A stretch of 64,000 nt of DNA, taken from the NCBI GenBank assembly GCA_951406725.2, contig OX597821.1, positions 56,792,001 to 56,856,000 on the forward strand, read 5' to 3'. The notes under the pieces are model-generated. The model was not told where the DNA came from, did not search any database, and was given only the letters and a program-made list of their open reading frames with translations. This stretch comes from Octopus vulgaris. Its lineage: Eukaryota. Positions 22,661 through 35,085 of the stretch are shown here, in pieces. The position numbers and the translations under genes are program-made. Positions within the stretch are counted from its first letter, which is position 1, and every line of letters starts with the position of its first letter.

Positions 22661-25616
22661 AAATGATCCAAATTTTCTTTTCTTGTACCATATTTTTATA
22701 GCAAATGGTCAAAATATTTTATCGACTCATGATCATAACTTTGCCAGAAATGTGCTATCAAAACACCCTCGATGTTAGGACTATCATGCAACATGAGAGG
22801 ATGTGTTAAAATTTTTAACAAGTTTCATTAGAGTTCTCGATGTTGTCGCGGACTGGAAACATATTCTGATCATTTCGAGAAGTAGATGAGAAAGCTCTGG
22901 ACATGCTGACATGCAAGTTTATATATATATAGCTCTGGACATGCTGACATGCAAGTTAAAAGGCTTGTTTGGAACGCTGTAAACACAACGACGTAGTTCG
23001 AATGCAACTTAAATCCATATCAATTCTGCATGTTAAGGGCTTAGAGAATTTCATGGACAGCATAACTGTAAACAATCAAGCATCGCGACCAAGCATCTTG
23101 TGCTTTTTTGGTTACAATCTCTGTATAGTTGAGGGTCCTTTTTGTTCCTTCGAGGTTTATAAATAAGTACCTCAAAATGTCGACCTAATCAATTCAAGTT
23201 ATTTCCTAAACATTGGAAATGTTCAAATGTAAGATTTCACTATAGATTTCTTTGAAAAGTTGCTGAGGAATGTCAAAAGAAAGGATTGTGAAATATTATT
23301 CACACGTTTCGTTAATGGAATAAATTAAGTAGTTTTTACTAGAAATCCATATACGATCGTATGATCAGTTTGGTTATTTCAGTTGCTTTAGAGAACACAC
23401 AACTGTTTAATATTGATTAACTTGCTTAGATATTAAGTTTTAGGAAACCGTTTAAGATCTTGTGATGTTGTAATGATATTACCTTCCTAAGTACATTACT
23501 TACGTAAGTAAAATCAAATTGTTTCAACTAGGAATTAAAACTGTATGAATCTGCCAGGTATGTACTTCTTGAGATAAGCTCCTTTATGTTCTTCGACCGA
23601 AAGTAGTTTTACTATTTATATTGATGTTGCATTTTACAAAAACATAAATTTTACAATATCCTGATTTATGCATTCCTTCATGTAGAGATAGGAGTCAATA
23701 TAAACTTGTTAAGTAAAATTTATTGGCGAAGGAAGGCTGTACAGTGGAAACTAAAATAAAGGCAAAGTTCGATTTCTGTGGGCTTTTCTGTAACGAAAAT
23801 TACATACTATAATCATTTAGCCCAGCTCGCTATCGTTTATAGCAATTCTTTGCACCTTTACCCTCTTTAATATGGTCATGCATTAAATAGATGATTAAAT
23901 CGAAATGCAGCTGATTATTAGCTTGTATTCTGCTGACCCCGAAACTAAGAAAAGCAAGTTTGATCTTGACCGAATTTAATTCAAATCCTAAGTGAACGAA
24001 ACAAAATACAGTAGGTTGCATGTCAGAAATACAACCATGTCTCAAATTCTCACTCACCTTAAAAAATTTACTCACTATTAAATTTCTAGTGTTCTTCATT
24101 TTTTTTTCTGGGCATTGTGTTACTTGCGCTATATAAACTGTTATAAAGGTATCATATTGCTAAATGTCGAAGTCTATTGTATATTATAAATGTGATACCA
24201 TTACCTGAGATTTGTTAAAAGGATAGAATAATAGCCAGTTGTTTCAATTATAGGCGTCACCTATCACGTTGATCTAATGCAGTAGGTAGATCATCCTTTC
24301 TCTGAACACTTATTTTTATATGTGGTTACGTGCTGGTTAATAAGCAAAAAGAAAAAAAGGTTTCAAGTACCTAAAATTATACTTATCATTATGGGTGTAG
24401 ATTCAGTTAATACTCGTTGTCTTCGTTCATATTTTTGTTCTTTTCATGGTTGGTGGCGTTAATGTGGTTATTATTAAATATTCTCGCATAAATGTCCGAA
24501 CACTTTCTTTTCGGAAAACATCATTGAAATATTCACCATTGCTACTAGTTTGAATAAGTGCTTCACTTCTCAGTAAATGAACCTTAAAAGTTAGCTGATA
24601 TCTTCTGCTACAGAGAATATTTTCTATGATAAATAATCTCTAATTGTTATGTCACTCCCTCGATAGGAAAATTTTAAAACAATACAATAACTTACTTCAG
24701 TATAATTAATTTACCAAAATAATTATTATCTCTAAACAGCTGCTATGAAGTACTAGATCTATAATAAAATATTGTTTTCACATCTGCACAATGAGCAGCA
24801 GTTTCATCCCCAGGCACTAAGGCTGCAACCAATGAAAAGATATCTTGCTTATTCACAAGATTACCCTCGCCAACTCACTCCAAGACTTATTGCTTAGACG
24901 TATTCTTTCATAATTTTATCTATTCTACCGCCAATACAAACGACACCTAACATATCATATCTGTCCCTCTCGTGATTCGTTGTAGAATCATGCCTTGTAT
25001 TTCTTCCTTCCCAGAACGTCAACTCTCTAGACACATCCACAGCCCTTTTTCTTGCATTTGAAATAACAGCAGGTCAAAATAAGCGTCACAGGCATTAATC
25101 TTACAAGTCTTGGAGCCTCTGCAAAGACTATGGGTAGATTTACCTCCTCCCAACAGGAATCCATATAAAATATATATATCTATACGAATAAATATAAGTT
25201 GCAATAATGAGGTCAAAATGAATTGACATTTGAAAATCATTTAATGCGTTTCATCTTTTCGTAATACATAATAGGAAATGCATCCTTTACGTTAATCTTA
25301 ATCCGTTAAAAAAAATTTCAAAATATGAGGGAATTGATGGAAATATTTCAAAATATATGGTTAGAGCGTTGAGGGGAAGAGAAAAAGAAGAAGAAGAGAA
25401 AGATATAAAGTGAGCTGAGTGGAGAAGGGGAAGTTATGAAGGTGGACGAGTGAATAGAATGGAAAGGAAATGGGAAGGTTGCATTTGCATACAAAAGGAT
25501 AAAGAGAAGACGATTGAGGTCAGAAATTGGGGAAAGACGAGAAGGAAATGAACCAGGTGTCAGGGTGTAGTTAAGAGTCTTAGTAGTGAATGAAATTTGT
25601 TGTATATGACCTTGAA

Positions 25617-25696
<80 letters not shown>

Positions 25697-25698
<2 letters not shown>

Positions 25699-26081
25699 TT
25701 CAGACAAATACATATCAAAAACACCAGGACTTACAAACACATATAACATACAGAAAATTGCACTACTAGGCACTGCACACATCCTACGCAGAACACTTTC
25801 CATACAATAACCATCAGAGCATCACAACAAATCACAACACATAGCTGCGCCAAGGCTATAAAATAAAATAAAACTACAGAGCTGCGACCATGTCCCTTAG
25901 TGGCTGACGATATGTGCATCTCTGATCATGAGCAGAACTAGTGGGAGAATCATACGTGGGTTGAAAGAATTCTTGGAGGTTTGGATAATTCACCTTTGGA
26001 AACATGGGTGGTTCGGCAATCTTATTAGTGAACTGGGTGTAAAAGCACGCTGTATAAAAATAAAATATTTATCCTAAACTA

Positions 26082-26084
<3 letters not shown>
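25697..26084 (+). mobile_element. R4/Dong-like LINE short 3' fragment (composite) between (AAT)n tracts
   Basis: 25697-25845 nearly identical to 26631-26780; terminus aaagcacgct..taaaaataaaa..actactg(aat)n matches the 26813-26842 terminus. Confidence 0.75.
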
Positions 26085-26165
<81 letters not shown>

Positions 26166-26166
26166 A

Positions 26167-26214
<48 letters not shown>

Positions 26215-26838
26215 TTATCTCTAGCTGCCCAGTCTTGGCTAAGAAGGAATATATTCACAGACATGACAGAGTTGGAACCTACATACATTGGAAGCTATGC
26301 CAACATTATGGAATAACAACAGAAAAAAGATGGTATAGGCACACACCAGAAAAGGTCACAGAAAACGAGAAAGCAACCATACTCTGGGATATGCCGATAC
26401 ACACAGATAGAGAAATTAAGGCCAACAGACCAGATATAGTTGTCAGAGATCATGAAGAAAAAAAATGCTTTCTAATTGATGTATCAATACCGGCTGATGA
26501 CAACGTGTCTCTAAAAGAAATGGAGAAACTCTCAAAATACAAAGACCTGGAAATAGAGGTAACTAGAATGTGGAATCTGAAAACAGAAACAATTCCTATC
26601 ATAGTAGGTGCATTAGGCATGATAAAAAAATATTCAGACAAATACATATCAAAAACACCAGGACTTACAAACACATATAACATACAGAAAATTGCACTAC
26701 TAGGCACTGCACACATCCTACGCAGAACACTTTCCATACAATAACCATCAGAGCATCACAACAAATCACAGCACATACCCAAGGCACACAGAGCTGTGCT
26801 CGGTAGTGAAGTGAAAGCACGCTATAAAAATAAAACTA

Positions 26839-26842
<4 letters not shown>
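26215..26842 (+). mobile_element. R4/Dong-like RLE LINE, 5'-truncated, flanked by (AAT)n
   Basis: RLE-domain ORF plus short 3' UTR running into (AAT)n. Confidence 0.85.
26235..26744 (+). CDS. Restriction-like endonuclease domain (C-terminus of R4/Dong ORF), open but 5'-truncated
   Basis: Y..RHDRV..IHW.LC, ILWD..I.TD..I.ANRPDIVV, IDVSIP, E.EK.SKY.DL..E..RMW, IPIIVGALG. Confidence 0.85.
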   Translation: MAKKEYIHRHDRVGTYIHWKLCQHYGITTEKRWYRHTPEKVTENEKATILWDMPIHTDREIKANRPDIVVRDHEEKKCFLIDVSIPADDNVSLKEMEKLSKYKDLEIEVTRMWNLKTETIPIIVGALGMIKKYSDKYISKTPGLTNTYNIQKIALLGTAHILRRTLSIQ

Positions 26843-26899
<57 letters not shown>

Positions 26900-27212
26900 G
26901 GGGCTAGAGAGGAGCAGTAAATATACAGTAAATATCCAATAAAATTTACAACCCCACGCAACATGTACTCTACAGGTCGATGCGAAACAGAACACAACTC
27001 ATATTACACACACAATACACAATACAAACAATAATACAACAAAATACTTAAACCAAACTCCAAAACAAAATATATTCATGCAATACAATGCCGGTTAGAT
27101 TTTGTATTTTCCCCGCCAAAAAAATGCTGCACACATCTCAGCAACACGAAGGTGTAGCAAGTGATTCAGTAAAAATTTACCTGAAACTATCAGATGTTGA
27201 ATAATAATAGTG

Positions 27213-27271
27213 GTGATGTTGATGATGATGATGATGATGACGACGACGACGATGACGACGACGACGACGAC

Positions 27272-27322
<51 letters not shown>

Positions 27323-27323
27323 A

Positions 27324-27381
<58 letters not shown>

Positions 27382-27403
27382 CGACGACGATGAGGATGAT
27401 GAT
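27213..27403. repeat. (GAT/GAC)n trinucleotide microsatellite
   Basis: Read directly. Confidence 0.95.
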
Positions 27404-27559
27404 AGTAAAGGAAAAATCAGCATGAGATGCACGGTGAGGCTGCCAAGATAAAAACACGCACAAACAGTACTTTACCTCAGTTTATAGGAGACAGAAACGT
27501 TGGTGATAAGAGCGTAAATGAGGTTAGACACTTCACTCGGCTGTGATTCAGTACAGGGC

Positions 27560-28250
27560 AGACTGCCCTCAGTTGATATTCTAAGACAGTATCATTATAT
27601 AATAGTGTACGAAGAGAATAGATAAGCGAAGAGAACAGGGTAGTGATGCAGTGCTGCTTGGAAAGTGAACTCAAAATAAGGGGATACAGAAAACGTATGT
27701 TAGCACTTTGGGTAAGGAAAAATATGTTTGAAATAACAAAGTAGAAACTAGCGGACCAAGCTAATGCTATTAAGAGAAGAAGGTGAATGACGGAATTGGA
27801 GGTAAGAAAGATCACAAGAGAACCGAAAGAAAATGCCAAGAAGTAGAACAAACAACATAAACGTTACAGTTGAAGCCAAAGAAGAACCAATAGGAAAAAA
27901 TAATAACACTATCAATCAGGAGAAGAAACCTGACTCCAGCGACTAAAGTGAGGAAGATCAGAAGATTTTGATGAGTTGAATGATGTAATGAGTAAAGAAG
28001 AAAGAAAAAATCACCAGCGTCAAAAGCTGTTTGCTAGCTGTTTGCTAAGTAGATTCAGTTTTAACTTCGGTAATTACTAAATATATATGTAACACTAACT
28101 TATTGATTTATGCAAGAGGAATAGTAATTACTAGCAGACTATGTATTCCCCAAGAAAAGAATAAGCTAGGAGCAGATAAGACTTTAAAACTAGGTAGAAT
28201 AGAAACCTGGAAACAGGACAAGTTGGGGAACACAAGATTTAAATCTCCTG
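27560..28250 (+). pseudogene. Decayed N-terminal part of an R4/Dong-like ORF
   Basis: From ~27643: VMQCCLESELKIRGYRKRMLALWVRKNMFEITK*KLADQANAIKRR, matching the R4-clade RGYRKRM..W / EQRLADQ motif. Confidence 0.65.
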
Positions 28251-28259
28251 CAAAAAATA

Positions 28260-29735
28260 CTTAGTCAAAGATCCGTCGCACACGCGACAGTAGCTGTTCG
28301 ATATAACTCTACAAGTCAGCAATGTCCGGACATAGTACAAGTGCGTGCCAAGTATTTATATCGCTCTATGCCCACCTCGGACAAGCCCGTCTGACAACAC
28401 ATTTGTGCCTGTAGAATTTACTCGAACTGTAGCGTCCCTCAGTAACACTGCCAGGTAAATGACATCATGACAGTCTCCAATCGGAAAGTCCTCCGGAACA
28501 GATTAGCCAGTTGGTTTATATCGACCCCCTAGAGTCTTCCTGAGAACGTCGTCTCACTTCCCCGCCTCTAATCCTCTATATATTGCTAAAGCAGAAGATA
28601 CACTGATCCCATTCCCCGACTTGTAGAGGACTGTGAGCGCCTAACGACATTCTAGGAGTCAAGCACCGAGCCTCAGTCTGATTATAACCGTTTATTTGAC
28701 CGCCGAGCAGGTGCTGTTGTGCATCGCATCGACCCAGATTGTAAAAACAAGCAGAAAGCGACCACTTTCAGAATGGCCTCTATCGAATTCTTTGAATTGA
28801 TCCAAATTGATCAAAGTTCCACCGTTGCCAACTTTAGTCCCAGCCCTGTCTAAGGTGGAGGTTGTCGTGAATAAGAGATTGTCGGGGCTGTGCAGCACGT
28901 CCGCGCTTCCTCGACCAGACTACCGACAAGAGCCAACCTTTTCGTTAACATCTTGGCCAAAATCTTAAACTTTATGTTGAGCAGAGTTAAGGGCCAAACA
29001 TTCCTTAGCACGTTCCCTTTGCCGGCGTCATTCCTTAGCAAAATTATCACTACCCGGCTAACGGCACCGGAAATTCTGATGTTGTGCTGACAATTACGGT
29101 AGACGTCTAGAAGAGGCCACCAAAAAAAGTTGGCATGAACATAAAGAATCCACAGGGCAGACCTACAAAATGAGCGATTCATAACTTGCGCAAATGCTCA
29201 TCGCAACTCCAATCTCAGCGGTTGTTGTCGGCTTTTCGCAGAACCTCGCGTCCGCCGCCGAGAGCTGCAGCAGGCCGTCCAGATACAGAATAAAGTCCTC
29301 TACCTTCATCAACTCATCATCCTTCCTGAACAGCTGCACGAAGTGCTGCTGGAAAGCCGCACACACTTGTTCGGAACCGAGTGGCACGCGGCCGTCCCGA
29401 TCCGTCAAAGACCTGATCGTAGTTTTGTTCTCACGTCACGTTTCCACTGTTCAGGCCCATCGGACGGTTTTACTTCCGTGGTGTTTGAGCACAAGGGCCT
29501 TATGTCTGACAACACAGCCTTTGTATTACGCTTCAAAGAAAGGATCAAGAGCTATTCTTGCTCATAGTACGTCGGTCGCGATGCCTTTACTAATCGCTTC
29601 TTCTAGTTTGCTAACTAGTTTCCCCTCTAATCTATTTCTTTCTATTACTAACTCTTTACTAAACGCTGTCGGTTCTACTCTAATCGCCCACTTCAGGGCG
29701 GTCCACCACCGATTGTTGACGATTGCCTCTCTCAA
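28260..29735 (-). mobile_element. L1/Tx1-clade LINE ORF2 fragment (linker + RT), decayed
   Basis: VNNRWWTALK, CAAFQQHF.QLF, WPLTLLNIKFKILAKMLTKRL, GTLINLDQFKEFDR; same family as 33519-35085. Confidence 0.8.
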
Positions 29736-29779
29736 CTACAAATAGTGGAAAGCTTGAATATGGTCTAACACATTATCTA

Positions 29780-30590
29780 TTATTAAGATGAAACTAAATT
29801 ATAATAAACCTTAAGTTTGAGAATTATGAAATTGCATTGATGTAGGTCATGAAGTTTATTAATATTGATATAATAACTAAGTGTAAGGTAATTCAGCAAG
29901 TTGATTAAAAATATTATTCACCTCAGATATACAGTCAAGACCACCCTTGTGCATTACATACAATAGACCAAGAAATTTATATTCAATGCTATGATCAGTG
30001 ATAGAATAAACAAATTAAGCTACAGATGTAGTATTAGCCTTATTTTTATGTCTAAATATAGATTTGTGATTATTCCAGCGAAGTTTAAATGAAGAACAGG
30101 ACGCGCCAATATAAACAGTGATAAAGCACCTCCACATTATATTTTTCTTAAGGCACTGGTTAATAATAGGCCACAGGGATTTATTACGACAGTCATATAA
30201 AACAAATTTAGTCGGGTTATTGGTAGGTATGACGGGTTCGGATCGAATATCTTTAATAGCACTATTCTTGGAATCAGTTGGCTGGGAGTGGTAATATTAG
30301 ATGGTCAGTAGTTGTAGTATTAAAAGTTGCACTGTTGAATTCACTACGGTTAAATCTTATATGTATTCAGTAATATTATGCATGTTAAAGTATGCCAGTT
30401 TAACCGTTTGTCTATTAAAGGTTTTATGATATGGGCTAGATTTAGAGAAGTTTTTATCTAAAGCTTTAAAAAAATTTCGAACAGCATTTAGGAAGAAGTT
30501 ATGGGGTGGAGCTGAACCACAAAATATTCCTACCCAAAGTAGTATTTTTTCATTTGTATGTTCATTCCCATGAGATGGTGTAGGACCTAA
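29780..30590 (-). mobile_element. Strongly decayed PLE C-terminal fragment (possibly Naiad-type)
   Basis: Minus-strand remnants RNILWF.., DCRNKSL.PIINQCLKKNI and VYIGAS, resembling WFNPP / CNCR..CPL..CL / YIG motifs. Confidence 0.4.
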
Positions 30591-30718
30591 AGTAATTTGG
30601 TCGTTATGTTTTTGATCGTAATCATGTTATCTGATTTAACTGTATTTACAGGCTTACTAATTTCATCATTATATTATTATCATTATATTATATCATTATG
30701 CTGTCACTATACTATTAC

Positions 30719-30719
<1 letters not shown>

Positions 30720-30814
<95 letters not shown>

Positions 30815-30831
30815 TATTATTATTATTATTG

Positions 30832-30902
<71 letters not shown>
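30720..30902. repeat. (TAT)n/(CAT)n microsatellite
   Basis: Read directly. Confidence 0.95.
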
Positions 30903-31395
30903 GCCGTCAGCCTGGCAAGCCAAGCATGACCTCGCTCCGTGAATTTTATGAAGAAAAATCACATAGCAGTGTATTTGCACCCTTTAAGTTTATAACATCA
31001 TGGACAAAAAGTTATTTGCTGTTGAGTGGTGAGTTTACTTTCCTATTTTGTCTGCCAGCTTTTTTTTGGGGGCGACAGGTCAATTGTTTTTATTTCCTTA
31101 ACTCAAAATTGTGTGCGTTTTCTCCACCAACATGGAGTAGACAGAAAACACGGTGACGTTCATATGTGAAAAAGGGGGAGAAAGTGAGGAGCGTCACCAA
31201 GCGCCAATGAGAGAAGTTGCAAGCGTGCGAGGTGACTTCGGTCTGAAAGAAAACACAGACGATGTAATTGTGTTTTTCTCAAGGAAACGAACGAGAGAGA
31301 CAACGGAGCCAATGGTTTCAATGAAGATCACTCAGATCTTTTGAAAAGCAAATGTTCAGTCTTTAGCAATATTATTCGGGGGGAAAACATTAGCT

Positions 31396-34300
31396 TCGAG
31401 AGTGTACGCGGTGAAGGCCTTTCCGTGTGCGAGGCAGCGGATGAGTTGGCTGCAAATCACAGTAACAGCAGGAACAGCATCAAGAGGAGGCGCAATGGTT
31501 AGGGCAGTGGACTCGCGGTCGGAGGATCGCGGTTTCGATTCCCAGATCGGGCGTTGTGTGTGTTTATTGCGTGAAAACACCTAAAGCTCCACGAGGCTCC
31601 CGCAGGGGGGGGGGGCACCCCTGTTGTACTCTTTCGCTCCAACTTTCTCTCACTCTTTCTTCCTGCTTCTTGTCCCCGACTTCCTACGCAACCGCTGAGC
31701 CTGGATGCACATTCATCCATCCGTCGATGCTCTCGGTGTTGGGAGTTGACCTGCTTTCTCTTCTGCGGGTCTTACGAATAGCAAAGGACCACGTTTCGGA
31801 CTTCTCCCATCTTGCGAGCTCTGGGGACGAAGACCGTTCGCTCAACAGCAACAGCAACAGCAACAACAATATCAGCAGCACCGTCAACCACCACAACACC
31901 AACAATAACAAAGGTGACAAAAGCAACAACAAAGCCAACAACGGCAATAACAAAAGCAACTACAGCAATGACAAAGACAATGAAAGAGTTAAGAAGCAAA
32001 CCGCTACGAGGACTTGGAACAACCTTTCAAAGCTTTCTTTCGCTGGAGTAACTAAATCATCTCTCCAGAAAACACAATTCTCTGAAGAACTGAAATATGC
32101 TAGACAACTAATCGAGAAAGATGGACAAGCTGTAAAGTTGAATACCCCACCTGAGACAATCCAAGCTACGATATGTCACACAGTGACGTACCGTACAATC
32201 GGGTTAAAGTCAAGGAGGATGGAAAGAGCCAAAAAAGGCTCAAATACAACAAGCTTTAGGTTCCGCCTGGAATCTAAAGGAATATATACAGAGAGGAAAG
32301 GCATGTGAAATGGTGGACGTTCGATTCTAAACCGAAGAAGAAGCCAAACACCAATTTCTGACTCCCCTCAAAAGCAAGGAGCTGTTGCTAGTTCTTTACT
32401 ACTGCGGTCAGAAACTGGCAAAAACTATAATCCAGCAGGTGCCGCTAGAAATAGCCATTCCTTGGCTAATTGCGGTAGTGATGGTTAGACATTGAGAAAA
32501 ACTCAAAAATCCTCAATGCCCATCAGACCAAAAAGGAAAACTGGTCTGGGATGACTAAAGAACTCTTCATTCAAACAACACAAAAGAATGTGAATCTTAT
32601 CCCAGACCAGATCGTTCTTCCTGGAGACAGCATAATTCCTGTCAAGGTTGGAAGAAAACCAAAGTGCTACTTTTGCTTTTCACCTAAGCATTTAAAAGCC
32701 GATTGCTCCAAGCTAAGCGAAAAATAGAGACGGGCTTCCCTCTCTACACCAACAACGGCCACCAGAACTCCAGCGACAGCAGCAGCAGCATCACCATCAG
32801 CAGATTCAGCCATAGCACCACCAACACCAACAACCATCGCGACACCGAGTTCACCCAAACACTTCTCAGCGCCCGAAGATGTTCTACTTCCCGATGCAGA
32901 GAGGGTGTACATCACAGCCGGAGAGACGGTCCGCGATAAAGACTGGCAGTTGAAAACAAAAAAAAAACCTAAAAGAGACAGAAGGAGAAATATACATATG
33001 GAGAAACAACAACAACAACAATCCTCATCCACTCAAAAAGTGGAAAGGAAAAAAATCAAAACAACAAAAACAAACAATGCATCGGCACCACCACCTCCAT
33101 TACCTGAAACACAAGCTATTCAACACACGCAACAACAACAATCACAACCACCACCACCACCACAACAACAACAAACATAAAATAAAGACAGCAACATTAC
33201 GAACTACATGGCAAGAAATTCAAACAACGATGAATTAAAGAAATATATAATAGCACGCACAAACATTACACCAAAAGGTTTTGTCACGCCCACATTCTCC
33301 CAACCTACACACATACAAATCATTCACACAAAACAAAAATATACACACACTTAAAATCCCATTTCCCACAGGAAATCGGAGATTTTCGCCAGAAGAACAC
33401 CAAGAGAATTCTTGGTGATTTGTTGTTGGAAACACCCCAAGCCAAGGGGAGGGACGAGTAATCCACCCCTCCAAACAAACCCAAGTAATTTTTCCCTGTC
33501 TTCTCTTTTTCCGACAACATGGTCGTGTACAAAATCGCAAGTGTGAATGTACGTGGCCTGGGGTCACCTTCGAAGCGGAGTCACCTGCTGAACGACCTCA
33601 GGGAACTGAATGTCAACGTGGTGGCCATTAGCGAAACCAGAATTTTCGACTCACGGGACTTCCGACCTATTTTCGGTGACTATGAGGTGTACATATCTCC
33701 AAGTCGTCCGGGAGCAGGGGGCAGAGTAGCCGTGCTGATTCAGAAAAATCTGGATCTTGCAATACGGACGATCTTCCCGGATCCGGAAGGAAACTCGGTG
33801 GTTCTGGCCGTGACAGACAGCGAAGAACATACTTTTAGGCTAGTTGCCGTCTATGCCCCGACAAGGGTAGGACGTCCAGATTTCTTCAAACGCCTGGAAG
33901 CTTTCCTAGGAACGTACCGCTCTTTAGGTGGATTGGAATGGAGTTTTAGATGAAAAGTAGGATTGTGTAGGTTTAGCAGATAGGAGTGGAGGGGACAAAA
34001 GCCTCGCAAACCTGCTCAGACGATTCCAACTATCTGGTAGGTTTCGACTGGATTTTCCGGATGTGCCAGTGTGGTCCTAGGCAAACCGCATTGGGTCATC
34101 CAGAGCGTATCTAGATAGGGTATTTTGTAGAGTATCAGATAAGGATAGCATAAGTTGCCCTGTTTTAAGTAGTCGACTATACAGACCACACATTCGTGAT
34201 CTGTACAGTCGACTTACATAGGCTTCAGACACGGACCCGGTTACTGGGAACTGAAAAACGTCGTTACTGGCGCGTAAAGATTTCAGAAACCGGATTAGTG

Positions 34301-35085
34301 AACTAGTTGACGGGGGCAATAATCAACAACAAATGGTGGTTCGCCCTTAAAAGGGCGATTACAATAGAATCGATAAGGCTTAGCAAAGGACTAGCGGTAG
34401 AACGAAACAGGGTAGAGACAGAGATAGTTAAGAAGTTAGACAAGGCTTTTAGAAAAGGCATAGCGACCGACGTGCTCGCAGCGAGATTGGCACTTGACCA
34501 ATTCTTCAACGCGTAACACAAATGTTGCGTTGTCAGAGCGGAGACGCGAGCACTAAGACACGAAGGAACGAAATCCGTTCAATGGGCCCGAGTGACAGGC
34601 ACGGCGTGGTAATAAATATACGATCCGATCCTTGCCAAACCACGAAGGGCAAATGATAACTGATCCGTGGAAGACGTGTGAGGCCTTTCAGCGGCAATTT
34701 GCTCAACTGTTCGTGAGCAGAGATGAGCCGGGTCGCAGGATGGATTTCACGTCCTATCTTGAAATGTTGCCGCGGCTCTCGGCAACAGAGGCGGAGCGCT
34801 GCGAAAGGCCGATAACAGCCTTTGAAATACGGGAAGCAATGGCTAGCTGCACGAGGGCTAAATCGCCTAGTTTGAATGGTCTGCCCTACGAGCTTTACGC
34901 TTACATGCCAGACTTCTTCGGTGACCTCTTAGCAAACGTTTACTGCAACTGGCAACAGAATGGGAGAGTTCCTAGTTTTGTGAGCTGAGGAGCGGTGGCG
35001 TTGCTGAGAAAATACCCGAACAAGGGGGATTGTTTTGACAACTTTAGGTCCACAACTCTGCAGAATGCAAAGTTCAAAAATCCAA
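31396..35085 (+). mobile_element. L1/Tx1-clade LINE: decayed ORF1, APE endonuclease and start of RT; 3' part missing
   Basis: ORF1 remnants VTYRT, VRF*TEEEAK, YCGQK, knuckle CYFCFSPKHLKADC; ORF2 from 33519 IASVNVRGL, AISETR, RLVAVYAP, YLDRVF, KSPSLNGLPYELY; 5' boundary uncertain. Confidence 0.85.
31486..31845 (+). mobile_element. tRNA-derived SINE (family C) within the CAA-rich 5' part of the LINE
   Basis: Close match to 54924-55284; B box GTTTCGATTCC; part of the A-box region deleted; CAA/CAG-rich flanks. Confidence 0.8.

Noticed and set aside
31486-31575. tRNA gene (also 54927-54997)
   Set aside because: tRNA-like head continues into a shared ~300-nt body and tail, so it is a SINE; no clean cloverleaf or terminator
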